Positions 8,640-17,744 of a stretch of DNA of 64,000 nucleotides are shown piece by piece. The notes beneath the pieces were generated by a model that saw only the letters and a program-made list of their open reading frames with translations, was not told the origin of the DNA and ran no database searches. Within the stretch, counting starts at the first letter, position 1, and every line of letters begins with the position of its first letter. The translations under genes were made by a program, and so were the position numbers. The stretch is from a virus: the IMG/VR virus record IMGVR_UViG_3300043496_000205, positions 4,253-68,252 of that record. One strand, 5' to 3'.

Positions 8640-10874
8640 ATGACTTATTATTCCCAATTTCTAGAAGATGTCGTCTCTTCGCCGACGCCTCCAGCTAGTC
8701 CTGTCAAGGATCAGATGTGGTGGCGGCTGCCGGAGCAGACCCTCTATATCTGGGATGGAGCTCTCTGGGTCCTGAACAAGGCGGTTCTTGCGAACGACCC
8801 GAGCAAAGCACCTCTCGATTCCCCCATCTTCATTGGCGATCCGAGAGCTCCGACACCTCCTCCCGGTGACGCAGACACGTCGATAGCAACGACAGCTTTC
8901 GTCAAGATCGCCCTCGATAACGACACCGCCGATTGGGCGCAGGTGGTGAACAAGCCAGCGACCTATCCGCCGACGCTGCCCATAGCGCAATCCGGTGTCA
9001 CCAACCTGGAGACGGATCTCTCTCTTCTGGCTCCCAAGGATAATCCCGTCTTCACCGGCAATGCACGGGCGCAGACACCCCTGCCTGGCGACAACGACAC
9101 CTCGATCGCCACCACAGCGTTCGTCACGACGCACGCTTCAGCTCTGTTCCCTGGCGGCAGTGTGCTGCAGTACCTGCGAGGCGATAAGGTCTGGACCACG
9201 CTCGATAAATACGCGGTTTTGTTGGATCAGGTGAACAACACCTCTGACGCCAACAAGCCGGTGTCGACTGCCCAGAATACAGCTGATCTTCTCCGGGTCC
9301 TGAAATCTGGCGACACAATGAGTGGTCAGCTGACCATCTCTCCGCCATCTGCGCCAGCGCACCTCAATCTTCTGGCTGTCGGTTCGCAGAGTGCGGGCAT
9401 CATCCTGTCCAACGATGCGACATCCTCGAGCGTCTACCTGGAGAGCCGGACGGGTACGTCGACTCGTTGGCAGGTTTTTCTTGGTGATAACGTTGCTGAA
9501 TCAGGTGTTGGCAGTGAAGCTGGTGGCACCAACTTCTCGATACGCCGGTTTCGCAATGATGGTGTCTTCCTCGGCGATGTCATAACAATCCCCCGTAGCA
9601 CTGGCATTGTAAACTTCGTCGAAGGCGCCACATCGCCTACGCCTATCCTTGGAGACAGCAGCACCAAGGTTGCGACGACAGCCTTTGTCGTCAACACTGT
9701 AGGAGCCAAGGAGCCAGTGATAGCGGGAGGTGCGACCTCCCAGTATTGGCGTGGTGACAAGAGCTGGCAAACTCTCGACAAGAATGCTGTTGGCCTGTCT
9801 TTAGTTGATAATACCGGTGATATTAATAAGCCAATATCGACCGCTACACAGATATCCCTCGATCTCAAGGCCCCTATCCTGAGCCCTACCTTCACCGGCA
9901 AGGTGACGGTTGCGACCTCCACCACGGGCTCTGCGGGCATCCGTGCGCCGCATGGGGTTGTTCCGAGCGCTCCAGTCAATGGTGACTTCTGGTCCACCTC
10001 AGCGGGCTTCTTTGGCCAGGTGAATGGTGTGACAGTCGGCCCTTGGGGTCCTGGTATTCAGGGTATTCAGGGTCCCAAGGGTGACAAAGGCGACAAAGGT
10101 GACAAGGGCGATCTGGGCGGCCAGATCATGTATATCGGCGATGCTCCCCCGGCTTCACCCCAGGTTGGCCAAACCTGGTTCGAGAGCGATACCGGCAATA
10201 GCTTCATTTATTACAACGATGGCGTCGGAGCTCCGCAGTGGGTACCCAGCCATGTAGGGCAATTACCGCCCAATGCATCCGTCATGTATATCGGGGACAC
10301 GCCCCCTCCTTCGCCCATCATTGGGCAGACCTGGTTCGAATCCGGCAGCGGCAACAGCTTCATTTATTACGATGACGGCAACAGCGTTCAATGGGTGCCG
10401 GTCCATGTCGGTGTCGTGCCGGAAGTCACGCCCAGCTTTACGACCTTCGAGTACATGTTTGATTCAGCAACGGTGGAACCACCAACTGCGAGTGAGATCC
10501 GTTTCAACAACTCGATGCAGAACCTGACTACCGAGATTTGGGTCCATCACAATTCGTCGCTCGGCAAGGATCAGACCAACGCTTTCAGCCTGATTGGGCT
10601 CTATGATCGGATCTTCATCCAGGACAAGGATGATTCGGATAAGTGGATCTCCTTCACCGTCAGTGGCACGCCGGTCGACGAAGGCACCTATCACAGCATC
10701 CCTGTTACCTTACGTGATCAGGGTGCTGTCCTGCCGCAGCAGCGTGTGCTGTTCAACATCGGCACGACAGGCAATGGTGGCAGCGGCGGCAATGTCATAG
10801 GAGGCAACATAACCATCGGTAATACGGCGCCATCCTCACCTGCCGTCAACGATGTCTGGATCGATACCACCTGA
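8640..10874 (+). CDS. Tail fibre/hub protein with multiple W-rich modules and a collagen segment
   Basis: DQMWWRLPEQTLYIWDG; two GQTWFES..GNSFIYY.DG..QWVP modules; DTSIATTAFV repeats; Gly-X-Y run; ends APSSPAVNDVWIDTT. Confidence 0.75.
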   Translation: MTYYSQFLEDVVSSPTPPASPVKDQMWWRLPEQTLYIWDGALWVLNKAVLANDPSKAPLDSPIFIGDPRAPTPPPGDADTSIATTAFVKIALDNDTADWAQVVNKPATYPPTLPIAQSGVTNLETDLSLLAPKDNPVFTGNARAQTPLPGDNDTSIATTAFVTTHASALFPGGSVLQYLRGDKVWTTLDKYAVLLDQVNNTSDANKPVSTAQNTADLLRVLKSGDTMSGQLTISPPSAPAHLNLLAVGSQSAGIILSNDATSSSVYLESRTGTSTRWQVFLGDNVAESGVGSEAGGTNFSIRRFRNDGVFLGDVITIPRSTGIVNFVEGATSPTPILGDSSTKVATTAFVVNTVGAKEPVIAGGATSQYWRGDKSWQTLDKNAVGLSLVDNTGDINKPISTATQISLDLKAPILSPTFTGKVTVATSTTGSAGIRAPHGVVPSAPVNGDFWSTSAGFFGQVNGVTVGPWGPGIQGIQGPKGDKGDKGDKGDLGGQIMYIGDAPPASPQVGQTWFESDTGNSFIYYNDGVGAPQWVPSHVGQLPPNASVMYIGDTPPPSPIIGQTWFESGSGNSFIYYDDGNSVQWVPVHVGVVPEVTPSFTTFEYMFDSATVEPPTASEIRFNNSMQNLTTEIWVHHNSSLGKDQTNAFSLIGLYDRIFIQDKDDSDKWISFTVSGTPVDEGTYHSIPVTLRDQGAVLPQQRVLFNIGTTGNGGSGGNVIGGNITIGNTAPSSPAVNDVWIDTT
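10053..10118 (+). repeat. Collagen-like Gly-X-Y repeat
   Basis: GIQ GIQ GPK GDK GDK GDK GDL G. Confidence 0.85.
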
Positions 10875-11566
10875 TGGCTGTCCCTGTTTACACCCCAGCC
10901 AACGCGCTCACCTCGCCTGACGTTAATCAGCAGACCAACTTCCGTGTGCTGGTGAAGATGGCAACGGCGAGCAATGGGCAACTGCGCGTGACGTTCAGGA
11001 CGGGCGGTGGCGGCAGTGGCCTTGGCATCGAAGGTGCAGCAGTCGGCAAGTGGGATGGTCTCCCCCTTAGTTCTGCTGCATGTGACATGACCACCCCGCC
11101 GCACCGGCTGATGTTTGCAGGTCTGGTTGAGAAGCTGATCCCCCCTAACAGCGCCTTTGTCACGGACTGGGTCACCCACAGCAATTTCTCGCTGGCGGCA
11201 GGCGATTGGCTGATCGTCACTTTCAAGACCAATTATGACGGCTACGAGGTGTACTCGACCGGTCCCACCAATACGAACGTCACCACGGTGTTCAAGAGTA
11301 GCAGCACCGATTACAGCCAGGCCCAGACCGCCGCTGCGATGGGCGGCAGTGTGTCGATCACTGGCGGTAAGCAGCCCGGAGAAGCAGGCGGCTACAACTT
11401 CTCTGTCGATCTGGTCGAGACGAATGACCCATCCGGAGGTGGCGGCAAGCCCTCCAAAGTCTGGAATGGTACGTCATGGGTTACCAAAACAGCCAAGGTT
11501 TGGTCTGGTTCGGCATGGGTCACCAAGCCAATTAAAATCTGGAATGGAAGTGGGTGGGTGTCCTGA
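10874..11566 (+). CDS. Tail-associated protein with C-terminal (KVWxGxxWV)x3 repeat
   Basis: Ends KPSKVWNGTSWVTKTAKVWSGSAWVTKPIKIWNGSGWVS; TGATG coupling at both ends. Confidence 0.7.
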   Translation: MAVPVYTPANALTSPDVNQQTNFRVLVKMATASNGQLRVTFRTGGGGSGLGIEGAAVGKWDGLPLSSAACDMTTPPHRLMFAGLVEKLIPPNSAFVTDWVTHSNFSLAAGDWLIVTFKTNYDGYEVYSTGPTNTNVTTVFKSSSTDYSQAQTAAAMGGSVSITGGKQPGEAGGYNFSVDLVETNDPSGGGGKPSKVWNGTSWVTKTAKVWSGSAWVTKPIKIWNGSGWVS

Positions 11567-14319
11567 TGGCTTATGATTTCCCCGCCAGCCCAACACCGGG
11601 CGATGAATTCACCCCACCTGTCGGAGGTCAGACTTATGTCTGGGCGCCACCGCGTTGGCTGGTCAAAGGCATTCCTCCGATAGGAGTTGATGGCGGTGGT
11701 GGCGGCGAAGGTGGTATTCCCGAAGCACCCGTTGATAATAAACAATATGCTCGTAAAAATGCCGCCTGGGATATTGTTACGGCGACCGGTGCCTGGGTCG
11801 ATATTACCGGCAAGCCTGCCACCTTTCCGCCGACATTGCCGATCGCACAATCGGGGGTAACAAATCTTGTCACCGATCTGGCAGGAAAGGCCCCGACCAG
11901 CCACACGCATACGACAGCTCAGGTCACTGGCCTGGACACGGCCCTGGCTGGCAAAGAGCCGTCGATCACAACTGGCAACTCTGCCTGGTTCTGGGCGGGT
12001 GACAAGACCTGGAAAGCAGCTCCTGCTCAGGACTGGTCAGTCATCACTGGTAAGCCTGCGACGTTTGCACCGTCCACGCACACCCACGTCATTGGTGACA
12101 CGACAGGCCTGCAGACAGCTCTCGATGCCAAGTCACCGACTTCGCACACGCACGTCTATTCAACCCTGACCGGTATTCCTTCGACGTTCACGCCAAGTGC
12201 CCATATCCATGCACAAAGCGAAATCAGTGGATTGATCACTGCCCTGGCTGGCAAGCAGAACACCCTTCCGGCTGGGGGTGATTCAACCAATTATCTGCGC
12301 GGTGACATGACCTGGCAGGCAGTAGCTGGTGGATCCAGCGACTGGGCCAGCATCACTGGGAAGCCTTCCACGTTTCCGCCAACTGTACCGATCGCTCAGG
12401 CCGACATCACCAACCTGACGACCGATCTCTCAGCCCGTCTGCTGAAGGCTGGCGATACGATGACCGGCAAGCTGACCCTGCCGGGGGCGACCAACACCCA
12501 GGCCATGTTCAACATGCCAGCTGGTTCCGGTGAACCGGCATCGCCAGTCGATGGGGACTTCTGGTTCAGCAATACCACTGGTGTTCTGCGTTTCCGATTG
12601 GGTGGCGTTACCAAAATCATCGCCAATCTCGACACCGGTCAGACCTGGAACTCTGCACAGAATTTTGCTGCCAGAACGACATTCATGGCATCGACCACGT
12701 CATCGGCTTCGATCCGGCTGCAGCATGGCGTTGATCCGACTGCCTGGTCCAATGGCGATATGTGGACCACGACCCTGGGTCTCTATGCCCGCATCAATGG
12801 CGCCACTAAGGGACCTTTCGTCGACACGCTCGATATTGCTGGCAAAGCCAATGCGACTCACACGCACACCCAGGCTGACATCACCAATCTAACCACCGAT
12901 CTGGCTGCCCGCGTGGCGAAGGCCGGAGACACTATGACGGGGAACCTGGGCCTGCCGACCGATGGCGCTCTTACCTTCGGTGGCACGACCGCGATCACCC
13001 AGGTTTCGGGTTCAGGAAGGCTGAACTTCACAGGTGCCGGTAGTGACTATGTGTTCGACGCCAATCTCATACCGCTAACCGATGGTGTAGGATCGCTTGG
13101 ACGATCTGGGATGCAATGGGCCAATCTCAGCCTGAAGTCGGGTGCAGTCATCACCTTCGGCCCCAACCACATGTATCTCCAACACTATTGGGATGGATCA
13201 ACCAGCACGCTGACCGTTGCCGGTAACATCGTGATGAGCATGGCGAGCAGGACGATCACCATACCTGGTGCGCCGACACTCGATGCTCATGCTGCCAACA
13301 AGCTCTATGTTGACACACAGTCCAAGCAATACGTGGAGAGCTACACTCGTAGGGTTATGAGTGGGTCTATTAATTATTATGTTAATAAGACAACCGGTGT
13401 TGATACAAATGACGGATTGAGTTCAGGTTCGCCATTTAAAACTATTACCGCGGCACTTAATAAAATAGGTTATGTGGATATTTCCGCAGCGGCTATTATG
13501 ATTAATCTAGCCGATGGGGAATATACAGAAGGTTTTAATCCTACCCAGATATATAGCGGAACAGAACAAGCTCCTGCTATGGAGTACAATCATTATAGCG
13601 GTATGTATGGCAGCATTTCCCTCATTGGAAATGTGACGAATCCTGAAAATGTGAAAGTTGCCATCTATACATATGATTCCACCACACTGCATGCCACTGC
13701 CATTCTCAAGGGTATCGGATCTCTGTCGGGTTCTTCCTGGAACGAGATCGCTGTCAAAGGACCATGCACGCTTGTCCTCGAGAGCTGTGCTTTCTCCAGC
13801 CTCAAGGCGTTCGATAATGCACGTCTGCTCGTCTACGGAAACAGTAAGTTGAGTGGAGGCACTACTCTGGCCGATGTGCGATCGGGGGCATCCTTCTACA
13901 CCACCTACAACTCGAAATTTAACCTGCTGACTCCCTACACATTGACTGGCGACAATGCGTTCCTGACGGTCGACAGCGGGGCTACGGCCTACCTGGATAG
14001 CATCACCTTCTCTGGATCAGCAGTTACCGGCAGGCGCTTCCGTGTCCGGGGCAACGCCACCGTGGTGGCCTACAACGGCAACTTCACAGTGCTCCCTGGA
14101 ACAGTCGAAGGGATTTGCGAAACAGGTGGTGTCTATGGTGGCAAGTACGACTACGACAAGCGGATGGGATCCGGTGGCGCCACCATCCAGGAGACCGCTC
14201 CCACCTTTCCTGCACATGGCCAACTGTGGTGGAACTCGTTCAATGGCAATCTTTACATCTGGTACATCGACAGCGACGGCACGGCGCAGTGGGTCCAGGT
14301 CAATTCGGGAGGTGCATGA
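11566..14319 (+). CDS. Long tail fibre (FP W-module, HxH fibre repeats, putative receptor-binding beta-helix, C-terminal W-module)
   Basis: MAYDFPASPTPGDEF..GQTYVW..RW; repeated W..I.GKP.TF.P..H.H; YYVNKTTGVDTND..PFKTI..A beta-helix cap; ends GQLWWNSFNGNLYIWY...QWVQV; ATG at 11566 overlaps the upstream TGA. Confidence 0.8.
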   Translation: MAYDFPASPTPGDEFTPPVGGQTYVWAPPRWLVKGIPPIGVDGGGGGEGGIPEAPVDNKQYARKNAAWDIVTATGAWVDITGKPATFPPTLPIAQSGVTNLVTDLAGKAPTSHTHTTAQVTGLDTALAGKEPSITTGNSAWFWAGDKTWKAAPAQDWSVITGKPATFAPSTHTHVIGDTTGLQTALDAKSPTSHTHVYSTLTGIPSTFTPSAHIHAQSEISGLITALAGKQNTLPAGGDSTNYLRGDMTWQAVAGGSSDWASITGKPSTFPPTVPIAQADITNLTTDLSARLLKAGDTMTGKLTLPGATNTQAMFNMPAGSGEPASPVDGDFWFSNTTGVLRFRLGGVTKIIANLDTGQTWNSAQNFAARTTFMASTTSSASIRLQHGVDPTAWSNGDMWTTTLGLYARINGATKGPFVDTLDIAGKANATHTHTQADITNLTTDLAARVAKAGDTMTGNLGLPTDGALTFGGTTAITQVSGSGRLNFTGAGSDYVFDANLIPLTDGVGSLGRSGMQWANLSLKSGAVITFGPNHMYLQHYWDGSTSTLTVAGNIVMSMASRTITIPGAPTLDAHAANKLYVDTQSKQYVESYTRRVMSGSINYYVNKTTGVDTNDGLSSGSPFKTITAALNKIGYVDISAAAIMINLADGEYTEGFNPTQIYSGTEQAPAMEYNHYSGMYGSISLIGNVTNPENVKVAIYTYDSTTLHATAILKGIGSLSGSSWNEIAVKGPCTLVLESCAFSSLKAFDNARLLVYGNSKLSGGTTLADVRSGASFYTTYNSKFNLLTPYTLTGDNAFLTVDSGATAYLDSITFSGSAVTGRRFRVRGNATVVAYNGNFTVLPGTVEGICETGGVYGGKYDYDKRMGSGGATIQETAPTFPAHGQLWWNSFNGNLYIWYIDSDGTAQWVQVNSGGA

Positions 14320-15455
14320 TGGCAATCACTTTCTGGACTGATCCTACCGATGGCATGGTCTGGTGGTATGGCGACAACGTCCGGAGCTTCATCTGGAACC
14401 AGGCTCTCGGTGTCTGGACACGACCGCATGGGACAGCCCTACCGAAGAATTACTTCCTCAATCCGGCCATGCAAATCAATGAGCAGAATGGCCTGACGGA
14501 CGGATCCAACGTGCAAGGCCTGATCATGGCTGAAGGCTATTTCATGCAGCATGCCTTCAGTGGCGGTGGCGTCTATCGTGGCCAGCGTGTCGCCTCACCG
14601 ACACCCGGAGGCTCCCCCTATCGGCTGCGGGTTACCTGCACGACCAAGAACACAACCCTTGGAGCCAGTGACTGGTTGGTCTTTAGCACGCCCTTTGAGG
14701 GCAGCAAGATGATCGGTCTCAGATTCGGTACCACTGCCGCCAAATGGTGTGTCGCCCGGTGGGGCTGGAAGTCACCTGCCGGGTGGTATTGCTTCGGCAT
14801 CAAGAATGCGCTCAACACCGAGGCTTATTCCTACCCCTTCAGGGTCAGGCCCGCGAAGCACAACATCGAGCATGTGCAATACGCGATCATCCCGCGCTGC
14901 ATGTGGGACACCTGGCAGGTTAACAACACCCTATGGGGAACAGCCTACTGGTCGTTGATCAACGGCAACATGACCGATGATTCATATGTCTGGACCGACA
15001 GCAACAAGGTCGCGTCCTGGGAGATGGATAACGTCTTCATGGATACGGTCGGCAATGTCGCCGAGCTCTTCGATGTTGGGTTCTATATGGACCCAGACCT
15101 TACCGGTATCTCTCCTGACTGGCAGATGCCCAATTACGAGGACGATTACGCGGAATGCTCGCGCTACTGGCACAAGATGCAGAATGCCAGAGGCATTGCC
15201 CAGACAGCTACGACTGCACGGGTCAGTGCTTTGCATCCGGTTCCGATGGCAAGATCTCCCACGCTTTCCGTGGTTGGAACGCCGAAAGCTTATGACGGGA
15301 CGACTGTGGCGGCGATTACCGCTGCAGCTCACACCTTCGGTAGCACGACTGAATTCTATGGCACCTTGACCACTTCTGGTCAGGTCGCTGGCAGACCATG
15401 CGGATTAATTTATGATGCTGCAGCTTCATATATAGCCATGGATGCAAGAATATAA
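14319..15455 (+). CDS. Tail appendage/receptor-binding paralogue 1 of 3
   Basis: TALPKNYFLNPAMQ..QN jelly-roll-like core; DYAECSRYW; HPVPM..PT; GGAGGT RBS before ATG 14319. Confidence 0.7.
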   Translation: MAITFWTDPTDGMVWWYGDNVRSFIWNQALGVWTRPHGTALPKNYFLNPAMQINEQNGLTDGSNVQGLIMAEGYFMQHAFSGGGVYRGQRVASPTPGGSPYRLRVTCTTKNTTLGASDWLVFSTPFEGSKMIGLRFGTTAAKWCVARWGWKSPAGWYCFGIKNALNTEAYSYPFRVRPAKHNIEHVQYAIIPRCMWDTWQVNNTLWGTAYWSLINGNMTDDSYVWTDSNKVASWEMDNVFMDTVGNVAELFDVGFYMDPDLTGISPDWQMPNYEDDYAECSRYWHKMQNARGIAQTATTARVSALHPVPMARSPTLSVVGTPKAYDGTTVAAITAAAHTFGSTTEFYGTLTTSGQVAGRPCGLIYDAAASYIAMDARI

Positions 15456-16615
15456 TGGCAATTAATTTTCCAGCTAATCCTGTAAAAGGCCAGATTCACA
15501 ACGTGTCTCCTGGGGTTTCCTATATTTATAGTAATCCTACATCGGTTGAATATGCGGATGATGAAATTGGTTGGGAAAGGGTTAATATTAAAACGGCTTT
15601 GCCTAAAAATTACATCGTTAATCCGTCAATGCAGATCAGTCAGCAGAACGATGTTGTTTCAAGCACAGTCAGTGGGTTTTACCCGGCTGACCAATGGATG
15701 ATGTCACGCTCCATGGCGACCGGGCTATCCACCATCTGGCGGCTTACAGGCGCTACCCCGGAAGGATCTGGCTGGCAAATCCACATGAATGTAGGCACAG
15801 CGCAGACTGTTCTGGCTTCCGGTGAGTGGTTGGCTTTTTTGACCTATATCGAAGGCCAGCGGATGGCTGATTTTCGTTGGGGTACGGCATCGGCGAAAGC
15901 TGCCGTCCTCAAATTCTGGTTCGTTGGAAAAGCCGGGACCTACACAGCCTTGCTGCGGGAACCGGCAAATACCCTTCACTATGCCTGCACGTTTACCATT
16001 CCCGCCAACAAGGCCGACACCTTCATGGAATGGGTGTTCGCCATTCCTGGTCCCACCACCGGTACCTGGCCAATCACCAATGCAATAGGATTGCAGCTCT
16101 GGTTCACCCTTGCTGCTGGTTCAGGTTACATATCCTCAACAGCATTTGCGTGGACAGCAGGTGGTGCAATCGCTGGTCCTGGCCAAACAAATGGGGCGGC
16201 AGTAGTCAATAACGCTTTCCGCGTATTAGATGTTGGACTTTACCTGGACCCCTATAAAACCGGTGTTGCACCGCCGTTCGAGATTCCTGACTACGGGGCT
16301 GAGCTGCGTCGTTGTCAGCGCTACTGGTACAAGGGCATGGGCATGCGCGGCTTTGCTGCGTCGGCGACATCGGTCAGCAGATTGGGATCAACGCATCCAG
16401 TGGCGATGCGGATAGCTCCGACTCTTACTGTTGTTGGAGCGCCTAAAGTTTTTGATGGCACGGCGACACCAACCTTGGCTGGTACGATCACATCATACAG
16501 CACAGTGAACAATCTTGAATTCACCCAGCCAAATGCCGGTCTAATAGCAGGTCGTCCCTGTAATCATTATTTCACGGCAATTGGTGATTATATCGCCGTG
16601 AGCGCGAGGATGTGA
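15455..16615 (+). CDS. Tail appendage/receptor-binding paralogue 2 of 3
   Basis: MAINFPANPVKG; TALPKNYIVNPSMQISQQN; ELRRCQRYW; HPVAMR; ends AVSARM. Confidence 0.7.
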   Translation: MAINFPANPVKGQIHNVSPGVSYIYSNPTSVEYADDEIGWERVNIKTALPKNYIVNPSMQISQQNDVVSSTVSGFYPADQWMMSRSMATGLSTIWRLTGATPEGSGWQIHMNVGTAQTVLASGEWLAFLTYIEGQRMADFRWGTASAKAAVLKFWFVGKAGTYTALLREPANTLHYACTFTIPANKADTFMEWVFAIPGPTTGTWPITNAIGLQLWFTLAAGSGYISSTAFAWTAGGAIAGPGQTNGAAVVNNAFRVLDVGLYLDPYKTGVAPPFEIPDYGAELRRCQRYWYKGMGMRGFAASATSVSRLGSTHPVAMRIAPTLTVVGAPKVFDGTATPTLAGTITSYSTVNNLEFTQPNAGLIAGRPCNHYFTAIGDYIAVSARM

Positions 16616-17742
16616 TGACAGCGCTCAATTTCCCATCCTCTCCCCCCGATGGCTTCCAATATGTAGATGGCAAGATTGTCTACACCTATTCGGCTGCGAC
16701 CGGGTTGTGGAGCAGAGGCCTACTTGGGACTGCCCTGCCGCAGAATCTCATCGTCAATCCCCAGATGGCGACCAGCCAGGAAAACGATGTCACCGGGGGT
16801 ACTACCAGCGGCTTCTATGCTGCTGACCAATGGCGCATGCTGGAGACCCTGGCGACAGGTGTCGTCACTGGATCACGGCTTCTCTCGGCTGGTGCCAATG
16901 GGTCTCCCTATCGAATCCGTACATTGGTTTCGACAGCTCAGGCTGCGATCGGTGCTGCCGAATATGCTGGTCTTCTTAGCTATGTCGAAGGCAATCGGAT
17001 CGCCCCACTGAAATGGGGGACAACATACGCCATCCCGGCAGTGCTGCGGTTCTGGGCGGCAAGCGTGCCTGCTGGCATGAACTATACGGTGACGATACGG
17101 AATAATCCGGCCACGCACCGTATCTCATTTCCCTTTGCCCCAACTGCTTCCTGGACCCAGTTTTCTTTTGCGATCCCTAGTCCTGTCGGCCAGACATGGA
17201 CATTGGATAGCACGGTTGGCCTTGAGCTCTGGTTCGTGGCTGCTGCCGGAGCAAACCATGCAGGTGCGGCCTTTACCGGGCAATGGATGACAGGGAGTGC
17301 CATCAGCTTACTGGGCCAAGGCAACGGTGTTGCGACGGTCAGCAACCAGATGGTGATCAGCGATGTCGGGCTTTATCCAGATCCTCTGGGAACTGGTATT
17401 GGCCCGATTTGGGATGCCGTGCCCAATATGGATTCCGATATGGATTGCCTGCGCTACTGGTACCGGCTGATGGGATCCAGGGGTGTCGCCAACAGCGCGA
17501 CCTCCGCTGGGCGCATGGGACAGCAGCATCCGGTCGAGATGCGGATCGGTGCAACGATCGCCAATGTTGGTGCGCCTACGGCTTATGACGGCACCAACAA
17601 TGGCGCCCTGACCATGGGGGCGACTTATCCGAACACTCGGTTCGCCGATTTCACCGGCAGCACCACCACTCTCGTGGCTGGACGGGGTGTCATGCAGAGC
17701 CAGCCCGCTGGTGCCTATGTCGCAGTCAGTGCGAGGATGTAA
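16615..17742 (+). CDS. Tail appendage/receptor-binding paralogue 3 of 3
   Basis: MTALNFPSSPPDG; TALPQNLIVNPQMATSQEN; DMDCLRYW; HPVEMR; ends AVSARM. Confidence 0.7.
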   Translation: MTALNFPSSPPDGFQYVDGKIVYTYSAATGLWSRGLLGTALPQNLIVNPQMATSQENDVTGGTTSGFYAADQWRMLETLATGVVTGSRLLSAGANGSPYRIRTLVSTAQAAIGAAEYAGLLSYVEGNRIAPLKWGTTYAIPAVLRFWAASVPAGMNYTVTIRNNPATHRISFPFAPTASWTQFSFAIPSPVGQTWTLDSTVGLELWFVAAAGANHAGAAFTGQWMTGSAISLLGQGNGVATVSNQMVISDVGLYPDPLGTGIGPIWDAVPNMDSDMDCLRYWYRLMGSRGVANSATSAGRMGQQHPVEMRIGATIANVGAPTAYDGTNNGALTMGATYPNTRFADFTGSTTTLVAGRGVMQSQPAGAYVAVSARM

Positions 17743-17744
17743 CG

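Noticed and set aside
14319-17742. Diversity-generating retroelement acting on the paralogous fibres
   Set aside because: No reverse transcriptase and no near-identical TR/VR pair differing only at adenines; divergence is spread across the genes
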